Of a stretch of 64,000 bases of DNA, positions 22,201 through 31,409 are shown piece after piece. The notes under the pieces were generated by a model. That model made no database searches and was not told where the DNA came from. It saw only the letters and a program-made list of their open reading frames with translations. The number at the start of each line of letters is the position of its first letter. Within the stretch, counting starts at the first letter, position 1. The translations under genes and the position numbers were made by a program. The DNA is from a virus, in IMG/VR virus record IMGVR_UViG_3300032285_003395, positions 1 to 64,000 of that record; one strand, written 5' to 3'.

Positions 22201-23306
22201 TTTTTTCTGATAAATTAACACCTAATACTATTTACATATTAAAAAATACAGATAAAACACCCGTACCTTCTTTTCAACAAGAAAATATTTTAAGTCAACA
22301 AAGTTATCCTGAATCAAGTATTTTAAATAGTGTTTATGCAGATGATTTAACTAATCAAGAAGGAGAAATAGTAGTATTAGATACTAATGATAAATTTAAT
22401 GATACTTTAAAAACTGAAGAAGATTTTAGAAATAAAGCTACTCTAGGAGTAATTGTTAATAATGCATTAGTAGCAATAATACCTGCAAATAAAGGTACTA
22501 CTAAAAATGCTCAAGTTAGAAATAGTTTAACTATTACTAAAGAAGGTGGTAAGTTTAAAGTAAAACCCTTTAAAGTTAAAATTAATAAAGTTAAAAAAGA
22601 AAGATTTTTATTTAATAATAATCCTATAAAAATTCAAAACTTTTTAAATAAATTAAATGGCTTTAAATCCACTATAGCTTTTGTTGCAGAAATAGGTAAG
22701 AATAAAAAATTAATTAATCCTTTTACTTCTAAAGAAAATTCTCAATTAAATATACCTGCAACTGGTTTAACTACTAATGGTGTATTTCTTATATTAGAAA
22801 GAAGTAATAATTCACCTATTATTATTCCTTTAAAAACTCCTACTTTACAAGAATTTTTTGAAGGAAGTAATGAAGAATTAAATATGGTAAAAGAAATATT
22901 AAATAATGTATTGTCTAATAGTTTTACTAGTAAAGATTTAAAAGTTAATTATAATACATTTTTAAATAGATTAAAAGAAGCTTCTAGTAAAAATAGTACT
23001 ATAGAACAATTATATGCTGTTATTCCAAAAACAATTAATGAAACTTCTTCTAATATTAAGCAAAAAATAAAATTAGAAAATTTAAAATTAAATTTTACTT
23101 TAGACAATGTTACAGATTATTTGTGGGATACATTGATTAATCTAAATGAAACTACAAAAAATTTCTATTCAGTAGACTTAGATCCTGAAAACTTTTATGT
23201 AGATAATTATGTTATTTTAGATTATAAACCAAATACTCCCCTTAATACTACAAATACTACAACAACAGAAAGATTTAGCTCTGATGTTGATAGTTTTTGT
23301 TCCTAA
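16230..23306 (+). CDS. giant virion protein 1 (2358 aa) with a degenerate PD-(D/E)xK-like domain
   Basis: First of three giant genes typical of crAss-like phages; hydrophobic segments; nuclease-like stretch GIATTMDIIAIDKNGKIDIINLR...EQL. Confidence 0.65.
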   Translation: MNETLLLNLYNKYNLSSKGDFNTFKSDMSNPIVRQNFFNKYNLASKGNYQTFESDLLGANKNLTQTPVQQQSVAPKPTPKPQEEETFLGGLANSILSRFKNNDEEKPEEQKVNPVVKQPVVQQPVLNNYVVNKAELPVEPNLKTAPSEFAKKGYNPNKTLEQQLAEINDLYDPEKIKKTNQESIKILSDNRANNGLNIDKINFLIQDLPNKLRKNEILKQSKINTVLAQKNNQVGVVQDPEEKQTYLNQYKQGINLKQKELDGLNNQNIFDDITKTRNANTDVLTSAINNDTGSLLANVANAANFAKNVFTNYMDRKNKIDDLQSTINQAKKSQEYLSKYSILLNKTKEDINSEDLPQLASAYDPSIKGHLKSSNKYQNKEDITNYFDLSKGGFNSKEVALKNIASDNQVKQALEKTYLVFKKDNEILNAANKDNLQNLVAKNKWQQNINVYDNKFNSLIENYYEFQNNPELKQTYLKQYYSDPKDQERVSYLMNTPDFKNIIKNEVNLAKIGKDAINQNLKSWKDQNINNLQALNAQKVLNERQQLSQDYIEQQAKDKGLLSRENVYYTLQQLSKAGGHIGEYVKKNTGAVLSTILPDSETARQLEYSKDLWDAINYSQDDENLSVFDKGVKWISLPAKNKGNYQLGIDKDNNLVDIRANDLSLPVKGEQKKVIENYYYNNIDNLKTQAKDLSQIPGGKYEALKNLAKTVGVGVAEEVPELAVEAGLTAATEGVAAPLLESGLLKLGMKINDVQKVMKNYNKVSGHTIDVLTSYAEIKHDVQKDYEDRGLDPSLLNTVITSQGLAGVGQLSNRVERGYRKFGSELLNKNLKEQPQKVFVEDIPKVIKTLRDDVADIKNPVFKEYLFNKNLRNYAVAKYTERAAKVAKEFGLSGLQEASEETILEPLAQVILNQANANLTGNQEYNNQSLQELGFLDPETALIAGLTGGVMSSAVDVAPDLLNKVLKRDNGLSSIDALHAAVNDPNKFKSLLSQFVETPNSQGKSLTQEQFQDLSNSLDKLKTNYENTKNNFKLDEDFISKLNFDNVAHKSILESLGINLKNIENFKGSKTFENILLNSEVNKLNKEKVTDKLAQLLGVPNNNGYDLTPYLDDTGLFNYNKFNKIVGKDTLDNDTINTIQDYNQLVAKEKNVNNLVNLFNTNLGPVQKEFQQQYQNAIETNTELLNPKAQIINTLYQDNLFNKILNQQRIDRINELLSIGQGKEKERQLNEELAQLTDENNRLDKMLTHVDKTYKNGYFEAQENIKQLDEEYNTLHNDLKTKLSDYLSLNPIEELSDEKEKELNSLIGQKNTKLKELKKAHKDFNATYNNNIKSSVLDKNKTVINTNDKVNVEEDSNVDKSLTEEIQKDKETLGKVKEYREIFNKLKEGTVTKEDLSKLKSNNRLYTKDVLKETALPYYVAFSKEELLQAFNNDPDLLLGMYSILEDLGYALDFKNYKNINVDTLTGIVTDAIIKLNYNISLINNNKQDEIKNIDELNGALLINNYITALQEKAKEINPDSAPETIDNLGSDAQNNTIKLIEQNSKLKSDFNEEDITSTSYFIDDKEYKTVSAIGKAALEDNEELTAASNVDNLVISLGRVIFGNNNITKENIDNLLLSQMSIFAKLGIEFNVDKESYITLCKTLINQRDSLIKQGFKFVTEERVLFHNYDGINFTQNNNVIKDNTVGIATTMDIIAIDKNGKIDIINLRVSKNNEDKQNVWAEQLAFDKTILEKIPSIKINNVKVFSTKATYDIHNLGNKIDFLHFKNYNFKSINISNTILKLVNTYLSIPNLPVEVINTEEINTEETSQQEMPDYILEQQQLLAEQEEGFDISTVDMGPSLEDLGIEENLEPEEIGPSEFELIADISPVVTPVNLEENITTNESNLKNNSTSLEENQLDPNTQLITGQADKEEFEKNTEVTLGEFTDEPNSNIVSLQRVSYVKFNVTYNNNGEEQYTVSIINNNALNNKFNKVLNKEELKKAFKENNLFFSDKLTPNTIYILKNTDKTPVPSFQQENILSQQSYPESSILNSVYADDLTNQEGEIVVLDTNDKFNDTLKTEEDFRNKATLGVIVNNALVAIIPANKGTTKNAQVRNSLTITKEGGKFKVKPFKVKINKVKKERFLFNNNPIKIQNFLNKLNGFKSTIAFVAEIGKNKKLINPFTSKENSQLNIPATGLTTNGVFLILERSNNSPIIIPLKTPTLQEFFEGSNEELNMVKEILNNVLSNSFTSKDLKVNYNTFLNRLKEASSKNSTIEQLYAVIPKTINETSSNIKQKIKLENLKLNFTLDNVTDYLWDTLINLNETTKNFYSVDLDPENFYVDNYVILDYKPNTPLNTTNTTTTERFSSDVDSFCS

Positions 23307-23325
23307 AAATAAAAAATATTAATTT

Positions 23326-26300
23326 ATGGCTTGTTATATTAATCCACACCCCACTGAAGTTTCAAAAGATGAATTTTTATTAATTTTAAATAGTAATAAT
23401 CTTTATGATAATTATTTAAATATTATTAATAATAATGAAGAAGGGTTGTTAAATTTTTTTAAAACTAATGAAAATATTATAAATGAAGGTATTAAAGAAG
23501 TTAAACAATTAAGAGATTTTAAAGCAGGTAAATTAAATAATTTAAATGATATTGCAAATAATAAAGTAATTAATTATTTTATAAATAACAATATAAATTC
23601 TAGTATACTTCAAACTTTAGATAAAGCTTTTACTGATATATTTTACAGATTAACTAGTGAATCTACAAGTCCTGTAGATAGTTTTATTAATTTAAATGAT
23701 GTATTTAAATTGTCTATTTTAGAAGGTAGAAATACTGATAATGTCATTATAAGATTTTTAGCTGCTGTAAATGAATATAAAAAAGTTTTAATAAATAATT
23801 TAGAGTCTGTTACTGCAAATAGTAAAGTATTAACAGATTTTGATAAACTTAATATACAACAAACTATTAATTATATTAACAGTTTAGGATTATCAACAGA
23901 TTTAACTTACCCAATTACTACATTAGATAATTTTAAAAATAATTTAAGGTTAAAAGAACTAATTAATTATTTAGGTAGAGATGGTTTATTTAAATTAGAT
24001 ACGAAATTAATAGAAGATTTAGATAATGAAAAAGAAGATTTAGAAAATAATGTTCAAATTTATGAAAAAGATCCACTAACAGAAAACCCTGTTAATAAAA
24101 TATCTGCAAGATTAAAGTTAATGCTTCGTGGTATTAATATGTATGATAGTCTAGGTAATAAAATAGTTAAAAATAATGTACAATTATTTTGGAAACCTTC
24201 TGATTTAATACAAAAAATGTTAACAGCAGTTTCAAATAATAATGTACATAATTTATCTATAGATCAAATAATAGATAAATTAACTGTATTATCTAATCAA
24301 AAAAATTATTTTTTAGCAGAACCATTACGTATATTTTTACAAAGATTAAATGCTTTAAAAAATAATAATGATCAATTTAAAACATCTGTACCAGATATTT
24401 ATACTGATTTATTTTTATATTTTCAACAATATCCTGTAGGTATTAAAGTATTAGAAACAAAGAAAAGTATTGTTAATGACTCTGAAGTTACAAATCTTGT
24501 AATTCAAAATAAAACTGATTATGTTAATGCAGGATTATATAGAGTACGTCAAGATATATTTGAGTCTTTATTAAATTCTAAAGAATTAGAAGGTAATTTT
24601 AATACTTTAAATGAATTAATACTTAAACCTAATCAAAGTGTTGCACAGTTAGCTGAAATACTTGCAAATCTTTTATCTCCTAATGTTGCAATAAATAAAG
24701 ATCAACTTAAAGCAGATATATTTAATCAATTAAAAAATACTAATTTAACTACTGGAGTTAATTTATTATCTGTATTAAGTAATATTATTAATGGAGATAA
24801 TATATTAAATTCAACTATTATTAATAAAGTCTATAATATTAATAATGATAATATATTTCCAGTATTAAATCCTTCTGAATTAAGTGAACAAGTAAGTATT
24901 ATTAACTCAAGTATTAATGCTATTAAAAATGGTGTTCCTTTTGAAGAGACAGATTTTTACAAAAAGTTTAAAGATGACATTATTGGAATGTCTTTATGGT
25001 CAGACTATGTAAAAAATTTAGGAAATGAATTAAAAATTTCTATTTTTCTTGGCTATAATTTAAATAATGATAATAAAAAAGAATACGAAAATTTTACTGA
25101 AAAAGAATTATTAGCAAATTTATTTAATATAGTAATGTCTGGTAGTATACCAACTCCTATATTATCAGATAAGTCTAATATTTATTTATTAGATAATTAT
25201 AATTATAGAACAACTCAAGTTAATAAATTAAGTTTTCAAGAAGAACCAATATCTTATTTTAAATACTTTATTAATTTTTTAAAGATAGATTCTAATTTAA
25301 ATGAAAAAATTAATGATGGTGGATCTATTGGTAAAAACATGGATAAAGCTATTGCTAAACAAAAATTAGTTTTATTTAATCCAGAGTTTTATGAAATTGC
25401 AAAAAATAGTAAAGTATTAGAATTATATGATAAATATAATAATGGAAGTAAAGAAGATAAAGAATTTGCTAAAAAAGAATTAATTAATATTATTGCTCAA
25501 TTTCAAAATATTTTAGGAGATCAGTTATTAAAAAAATTTACTAGTACAGGTTTAATTAAATATGATGATGAATTAGGTGGATATATTAGTACAGATCCTT
25601 TATTATCAGGTAAAGTTTATTATGGTAATCAAGATGCTTCTGAAGAATTAATAAATGATATAAAAACAGTAGCTGTTAAATATTTTGTATTTAATACACA
25701 TTTAAAATTATTGACTACTGGACACCCAGGATTTTTTAAAGAAAATGATGAGCAAAAAAGGGTTAAAGCTATTGTAGCTGATACTAAAAAACCTAATATA
25801 AATGCTACTTATAAAGGTACATTAGCAATTAAAGAAAATAAAGGTAGAAGAATTATTTTAAAAGATGTAGAAGTTGCTCTAATTAATAAAAGTATTCAAG
25901 AATTTTTTCTAAGTAATTTAAAAGCAAATAAAAATTCTAAACAACAATTATTAGAAAAAATGGCTAACCTATTTTCTAATTATACTTTGTTAGATGGTAC
26001 TCCTGTTTATTCATTAGAGTCTAATAAATTAGATAAAATAAAACAAGATTTTGAGGAAGAAACAAAAGAATTACAAGAACAAATAAAAACTTTAAAAGAG
26101 CAAAATAATACTAAAGAATTAGAAGAGGCTCAAAATAAATATAATAAAATTTTAAAAACTTACTCTGATTTAGAAAAAACAATTGAGTATTTACCTACTA
26201 AAAAAAGTAATACTACAGATGCATCTTCTTTAAGTTCTTTAGATTTTTCTAAACAATATCATATTGGATTAAATATGTATTCAGATGATCAAGAAAGTTT

Positions 26301-29300
26301 TTATGATGCAGAAACAAAAGGTAGATTTTTAGATAAATTTACTAAAAATAATTTTAGAACTATTAAAAATTTAGTTTTTACAAAAATTAAAGGAGTAAAA
26401 GCTTCAGCTAATGAAGAGGAAGGTATTTTAAAACCTTATATGGAAAAAACTTCTACAGATAACTTTACTGCACAAAGAGTATTTTTAGGAAAAAGTCCTA
26501 ATATTTACCAAGCTATGATAGGTAAAATGTTTGGTTATACTTTTGATGAAAAAAATAAATCTTGGACATATAATCCTGACAATGCTATTATAGATAAAAT
26601 AGTTTATGAAAGTGCTGTTAAAGCTGAAGTACCTGTTAATGCAGTAGGAAATGTAGCTATATTTGATTTATTAAAAGAAATTAATGATAAAAATATTACT
26701 ACTTTAGATGATGTAAATAATTGGAAACCTGAAGAAAACTTTGCAAATAATTATGTAATAGATATACCTATTACGGAAGATAGAATGCAAGTAGAAACTC
26801 CAGAACACTTAGAAGGACAATCTGATATAGGTACTCAAATAGAAAATTTGATTAATAATGGTATTGATCCAAATGTAGAGTATAGTATTAATAATAAAAC
26901 ATTTAATGGTTTAGATTTAACTAATTTATTAAATGAGTTAAAAATAACTTATGTAGAAAGTGGTAAAGAAAGATTATTTAATGATTTTTTTCAACAAGAT
27001 AAAGTTTATGATCTAATTGCATCATTGTATGATCAAAGAGAAAATTTAAATTTAGAAACTTTAACACCTGAAAAATTACCAGAATTATTAAATAACCCTC
27101 AATTTGGTTTAGCATTAGTATCTAAAATACAATCTTTAATTAAAAAAGATATAGTTAAAACAAAAATTAATGGAGTACAATTTTTTAATGGTGTAACTGC
27201 TAATGATACAAATTTAAATATTTTAGTAGAAGATGTAACTGATAGTGAAGGTAAAGTAATTAAAAAATTAGTTTTTGAAGTTGCAGTACCAGCTTTTAGT
27301 GAAGAAATGTTTAATGCAGCTTTAAACCCTGAAACAAAAGAATTAGACATTAATTTAATACCACAAGAATTAAGAGAATTTGTAGTATATAGAATCCCTA
27401 CAGAAGCTATGTACTCTATGTTTGCTGTAAGAATTAAAAAATTATTACATCCTGCAGCTGGACCAATTATTTATATGCCAGATGGTTCTACCAATATAGC
27501 TGGTTTTGATATGGATATTGATAAATTATTTGGTATTGTTAAAAATTATTATTCTAAAAATAATAAATTAGTACCTATTGAATATTCTTTAGAAAAAGAT
27601 AGTAATATTAATTTTAAAGAATGGATAAAAGATAATATTACTAATAGTGATAAAATTACTTTAGATGAATTATATAGACAAAAAAGTGATTTAATAGAGC
27701 AATATCCTGAATTTTATGAAGATAATAAAGAGATAAAAAATTTATTAAAAGCTAAGAATAAAATAATAGAGGACACTAAAAAACAATTAGAAGAGGAATT
27801 TAAATTAACAGGTTCTACTTTATCAAGAGCTATATCTGATGAATTAAATAGAGATGCTAGATATTTAGTTATTAAATCATCTTTAGAGTTATTTTATGAT
27901 AGTATTAAAGTTGAAAATAAAGAAGAATTAAAAAATAATATTAAAGACATAAATAAACAAATTAATGATATTTATAGTAACTATAAAGAGTACTGGAAAA
28001 AATTAAATATTACTGGACAACTAAGTAAATTACAATCTCAAAATTTATATTTAGATATTATTAGTGGAGTTATTACTAATCAAAAAAGTCTTAATGAATA
28101 TATTACAGGTAATAACTTTACAAGGTTAGAACAACAAGCTGAAGAATTAGATAATAAAAAATCTACTCAAAAAGAAAATAAGTCTAAAAAATTAACAAAA
28201 TTATTTCCTTATAAAGATTCTAATTTGTTAAATGCTATTAATACATTTAAAGCTATTATGTCAGGTGCTCAAAATATTGGACCTGCAGCTATATTTAACC
28301 AGTTTGTAGCAGTTAATAAATTTTTAAAGAATTTAGATCCTACAGAAGAAAATGGGTTTAAAGTTAAGACTATTAATTTATTAAGTAATAATCAAAAAAA
28401 TGCTGAATCTTTTGATATTTTTAAAGGATTAAATAATTATATTACTAAGTCTGGATTAGAGCCTAATATGGCAGTTGCTACACTATTAGCACAAGCTGTG
28501 GATAATATTAAAAAAGATTTATCTGTACCTTTAAATTTACAAAAAGAATTAATTTCATTAAGAGCTTTACTTTATTTAATTGGTTTAGATGAAAATGTAG
28601 TAGACAGAATATTTACAGATTATCCTAAAATAGATCAAATTATAAAAGAAGCTATTGCATCTAATAAAATAAATGAATTTAAAAATAATATTTTTAAAAA
28701 TAATCTTTATAATTTAAATGAAAAACCAAGTAAATTTATTTATTTAGATGAAAATAAAAAAGTAAATATTAATTTAAATTATTTAAATAAAGCTTTTAAA
28801 CCAGATTCTACATTATCAGATTTGTTTGGAAATAATGTATCAGAAGATGAAATAATTTATTTTTTACATGAAATGTTAGATTTATCTTTTGATTTATTTA
28901 ATGTTATAACAACTATAAATTATGTTCAAAATGGATTTGGTAAAAACTTTTCAAGTTTAGTTTATTCTTATAACAATGCTAAAAAATTATTAAATAATAA
29001 TTTAACAGATAAATTTAACATTAATTTAACAAATTCTTTTATTGAATTTAAATTAAAACAATTAATTAATGTTAGTGATAATATTTATAAATTATTTAAT
29101 ATAAATTTAGAAAACTCTAATTTTAATTTCTTTAAAAATTACTTTAAAGTATTTAATAACCCTAAGTATGCAGGTTATTTATTTAGAGCTAATTTAAGTT
29201 TAAATATTTATTTAAATTTAATTACAGAATTTGGATCTTCTGATAATATTAAAAAAGCTTATTTTAAAGAAATTAATGATTTAAAATTAATACTTGGTCA

Positions 29301-30843
29301 AAATAGTATAGTAGAAAAAACACCTGAAGGATATGTTAAATCAAAAAATCAAAATTTAAATTTAAGTACTTTAAATAATATAGTTAGATTTATTGACAAC
29401 AATATATATTTTCAAGATAATATACAAAACATTACAGAATTAAAACAACTATATCCTTTTGATGTACAATTTTTAGGACAAAATGAAGAATTTAATAATT
29501 CTTTTAATCCTAAAAATATTATAGATGTAATGTCTACAGATACTAAAACTTTATATTTTGGAGGTAATACAGATTTAATTGATGATAGTAATGTATTTAC
29601 AGCACAAGAAGTTGCTCAAAAATTATTTTTTATAAATATGATTCAGTCTGCTATTTTTAGTGGAAAAAATAATAAAGGTAGAAGTAATGTATTTGATTTG
29701 TTATTTTTAGATAATATTATTTTACAAAATTTTATATTATATTTAAATAACCCTTACTCTTATTATGTAAATAATTCATTATTTAATGATGATGTAATTA
29801 AAAATGATAATACTATTTTAAATAGTTTAAGTAATTTTATTATATTAAATAACCCAGATATAATGTCAAAATATAATAAAGATTTATCAAATACTTTTTT
29901 ATTATCAAGAGCTAATAAGCAAATTATTTCTAATAGTTTATTAAAAACAGAACCTGTAACTTTAAATAATTCTTTAGTAAATGTACAAATTATTAATATA
30001 AATAATTTAATTGATACAGATAATAAAGTAATAAAAAATAAAATAGATAAATTTTTATCAAGTAATTATATTACAGTTAATGATAAAGGTGTACAATATA
30101 TATTTCAAAAAATTGATACTTTAAATGAAAATCAAGTAATTTATAAAAATTTAGGAATTTTAAATAGTAGATTAGTAAAAAACAGTTTTAATGCTAAAAT
30201 TAATCCTATTGAATTTAAATTTTTAGATGACGTTGTTACTGAACTAGGTATTACAACTTCTAATATTGATATTCAAGAATTTAATAGTGATTTATTTATC
30301 CAACAATCTCCTAATTTTAAAAATTATGGATTACCAAAATATGTTAACTTTAAAACTGGTTTAGAAACTGATCAAATTTTATTGCAAAAAGCTGATGGTG
30401 TTATTACAGAAGTTGATAAAAAATTAAAAGATTATGCTTATAATAACTTTGAAAGTTTTAGTAAAGATATTGATATTACTAAAAATGATGAATTAATTAA
30501 AGCTAAATATAAAAAAGAAGATAATCAAACTATTTTATTATCAAGAACTAATAATGCTTCTGATGTGTTATCAGATGAGTTAAAAGATTTAATTAATTTA
30601 CATATTAAATTTAAAAACAAATTTATCTTTAATAATAATATGTCAAATAAACCATTATTAGATTATTTAATTTCAAAAAATTATAATAATTTTGAAGTTT
30701 ACGGAATAAATGGAAATAATACATTTAATAATGATGATGTAAAAATTGCCTTAACAAATATTAAAGAAAGTAATGAACCTGAAATAACTCCAGTTATTGA
30801 TGAAGAAGAATTTACTAATGTACCTCCTTGTATAAAAGAATAA
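23326..30843 (+). CDS. virion-packaged two-barrel RNA polymerase (phi14:2 gp66-like)
   Basis: YRIPT...AGFDMDIDKLF (DxDxD at 27508-27522); 2505 aa; middle gene of the giant triplet. Confidence 0.85.
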   Translation: MACYINPHPTEVSKDEFLLILNSNNLYDNYLNIINNNEEGLLNFFKTNENIINEGIKEVKQLRDFKAGKLNNLNDIANNKVINYFINNNINSSILQTLDKAFTDIFYRLTSESTSPVDSFINLNDVFKLSILEGRNTDNVIIRFLAAVNEYKKVLINNLESVTANSKVLTDFDKLNIQQTINYINSLGLSTDLTYPITTLDNFKNNLRLKELINYLGRDGLFKLDTKLIEDLDNEKEDLENNVQIYEKDPLTENPVNKISARLKLMLRGINMYDSLGNKIVKNNVQLFWKPSDLIQKMLTAVSNNNVHNLSIDQIIDKLTVLSNQKNYFLAEPLRIFLQRLNALKNNNDQFKTSVPDIYTDLFLYFQQYPVGIKVLETKKSIVNDSEVTNLVIQNKTDYVNAGLYRVRQDIFESLLNSKELEGNFNTLNELILKPNQSVAQLAEILANLLSPNVAINKDQLKADIFNQLKNTNLTTGVNLLSVLSNIINGDNILNSTIINKVYNINNDNIFPVLNPSELSEQVSIINSSINAIKNGVPFEETDFYKKFKDDIIGMSLWSDYVKNLGNELKISIFLGYNLNNDNKKEYENFTEKELLANLFNIVMSGSIPTPILSDKSNIYLLDNYNYRTTQVNKLSFQEEPISYFKYFINFLKIDSNLNEKINDGGSIGKNMDKAIAKQKLVLFNPEFYEIAKNSKVLELYDKYNNGSKEDKEFAKKELINIIAQFQNILGDQLLKKFTSTGLIKYDDELGGYISTDPLLSGKVYYGNQDASEELINDIKTVAVKYFVFNTHLKLLTTGHPGFFKENDEQKRVKAIVADTKKPNINATYKGTLAIKENKGRRIILKDVEVALINKSIQEFFLSNLKANKNSKQQLLEKMANLFSNYTLLDGTPVYSLESNKLDKIKQDFEEETKELQEQIKTLKEQNNTKELEEAQNKYNKILKTYSDLEKTIEYLPTKKSNTTDASSLSSLDFSKQYHIGLNMYSDDQESFYDAETKGRFLDKFTKNNFRTIKNLVFTKIKGVKASANEEEGILKPYMEKTSTDNFTAQRVFLGKSPNIYQAMIGKMFGYTFDEKNKSWTYNPDNAIIDKIVYESAVKAEVPVNAVGNVAIFDLLKEINDKNITTLDDVNNWKPEENFANNYVIDIPITEDRMQVETPEHLEGQSDIGTQIENLINNGIDPNVEYSINNKTFNGLDLTNLLNELKITYVESGKERLFNDFFQQDKVYDLIASLYDQRENLNLETLTPEKLPELLNNPQFGLALVSKIQSLIKKDIVKTKINGVQFFNGVTANDTNLNILVEDVTDSEGKVIKKLVFEVAVPAFSEEMFNAALNPETKELDINLIPQELREFVVYRIPTEAMYSMFAVRIKKLLHPAAGPIIYMPDGSTNIAGFDMDIDKLFGIVKNYYSKNNKLVPIEYSLEKDSNINFKEWIKDNITNSDKITLDELYRQKSDLIEQYPEFYEDNKEIKNLLKAKNKIIEDTKKQLEEEFKLTGSTLSRAISDELNRDARYLVIKSSLELFYDSIKVENKEELKNNIKDINKQINDIYSNYKEYWKKLNITGQLSKLQSQNLYLDIISGVITNQKSLNEYITGNNFTRLEQQAEELDNKKSTQKENKSKKLTKLFPYKDSNLLNAINTFKAIMSGAQNIGPAAIFNQFVAVNKFLKNLDPTEENGFKVKTINLLSNNQKNAESFDIFKGLNNYITKSGLEPNMAVATLLAQAVDNIKKDLSVPLNLQKELISLRALLYLIGLDENVVDRIFTDYPKIDQIIKEAIASNKINEFKNNIFKNNLYNLNEKPSKFIYLDENKKVNINLNYLNKAFKPDSTLSDLFGNNVSEDEIIYFLHEMLDLSFDLFNVITTINYVQNGFGKNFSSLVYSYNNAKKLLNNNLTDKFNINLTNSFIEFKLKQLINVSDNIYKLFNINLENSNFNFFKNYFKVFNNPKYAGYLFRANLSLNIYLNLITEFGSSDNIKKAYFKEINDLKLILGQNSIVEKTPEGYVKSKNQNLNLSTLNNIVRFIDNNIYFQDNIQNITELKQLYPFDVQFLGQNEEFNNSFNPKNIIDVMSTDTKTLYFGGNTDLIDDSNVFTAQEVAQKLFFINMIQSAIFSGKNNKGRSNVFDLLFLDNIILQNFILYLNNPYSYYVNNSLFNDDVIKNDNTILNSLSNFIILNNPDIMSKYNKDLSNTFLLSRANKQIISNSLLKTEPVTLNNSLVNVQIININNLIDTDNKVIKNKIDKFLSSNYITVNDKGVQYIFQKIDTLNENQVIYKNLGILNSRLVKNSFNAKINPIEFKFLDDVVTELGITTSNIDIQEFNSDLFIQQSPNFKNYGLPKYVNFKTGLETDQILLQKADGVITEVDKKLKDYAYNNFESFSKDIDITKNDELIKAKYKKEDNQTILLSRTNNASDVLSDELKDLINLHIKFKNKFIFNNNMSNKPLLDYLISKNYNNFEVYGINGNNTFNNDDVKIALTNIKESNEPEITPVIDEEEFTNVPPCIKE

Positions 30844-30875
30844 AAAAAAATAATTAAATAATAAAATAATTAAAT

Positions 30876-31367
30876 ATGGAATTAATATCACAAAAAACTA
30901 TAGATTTATTAAACTATAGAATACAACAAGAGTTAACTAATTCAAAAAGATATGAACAAATGTATCTTTGGTTACAAAACAAATCTTATATTAATGCTGC
31001 TCAAATATGGAAAGTAAATTATGAAGATGAAATTAAACATTCTAATTGGGCAAAAGATTACCTTATGTCATTTAATGTAATGCCTGAATTAACTGCTATT
31101 GAAGAACCCGCAAATATGTATGAATCTTTTGAAGAAATAGTTCAAAAAACTTTTGAATTTGAAGTAGAGACTACAAAACAATGTAGAGAATTAGCTAAAC
31201 ATGCTTTAGAAGAAGGTGATTATAATTTATTAATACTAGCTAATAAATATAATGAGGAGCAAATTGAAGAAATGGATACAGCTTATGCATTCTTAGATTT
31301 AGTAAAAATGACAAATGATAAACTAGTTTTAGAAAATTATATTCAAGAAAACTTTTTAGAAAATTAA
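30876..31367 (+). CDS. non-haem ferritin-like protein
   Basis: LNYRIQQELTNSKRYEQM, EDEIKH, FEFEVETT and EEQIEE ferroxidase-pattern residues; 163 aa. Confidence 0.85.
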   Translation: MELISQKTIDLLNYRIQQELTNSKRYEQMYLWLQNKSYINAAQIWKVNYEDEIKHSNWAKDYLMSFNVMPELTAIEEPANMYESFEEIVQKTFEFEVETTKQCRELAKHALEEGDYNLLILANKYNEEQIEEMDTAYAFLDLVKMTNDKLVLENYIQENFLEN

Positions 31368-31409
31368 TAATTTTTGTTTATATTTATCTTTTTTATATTA
31401 AACTAATAT

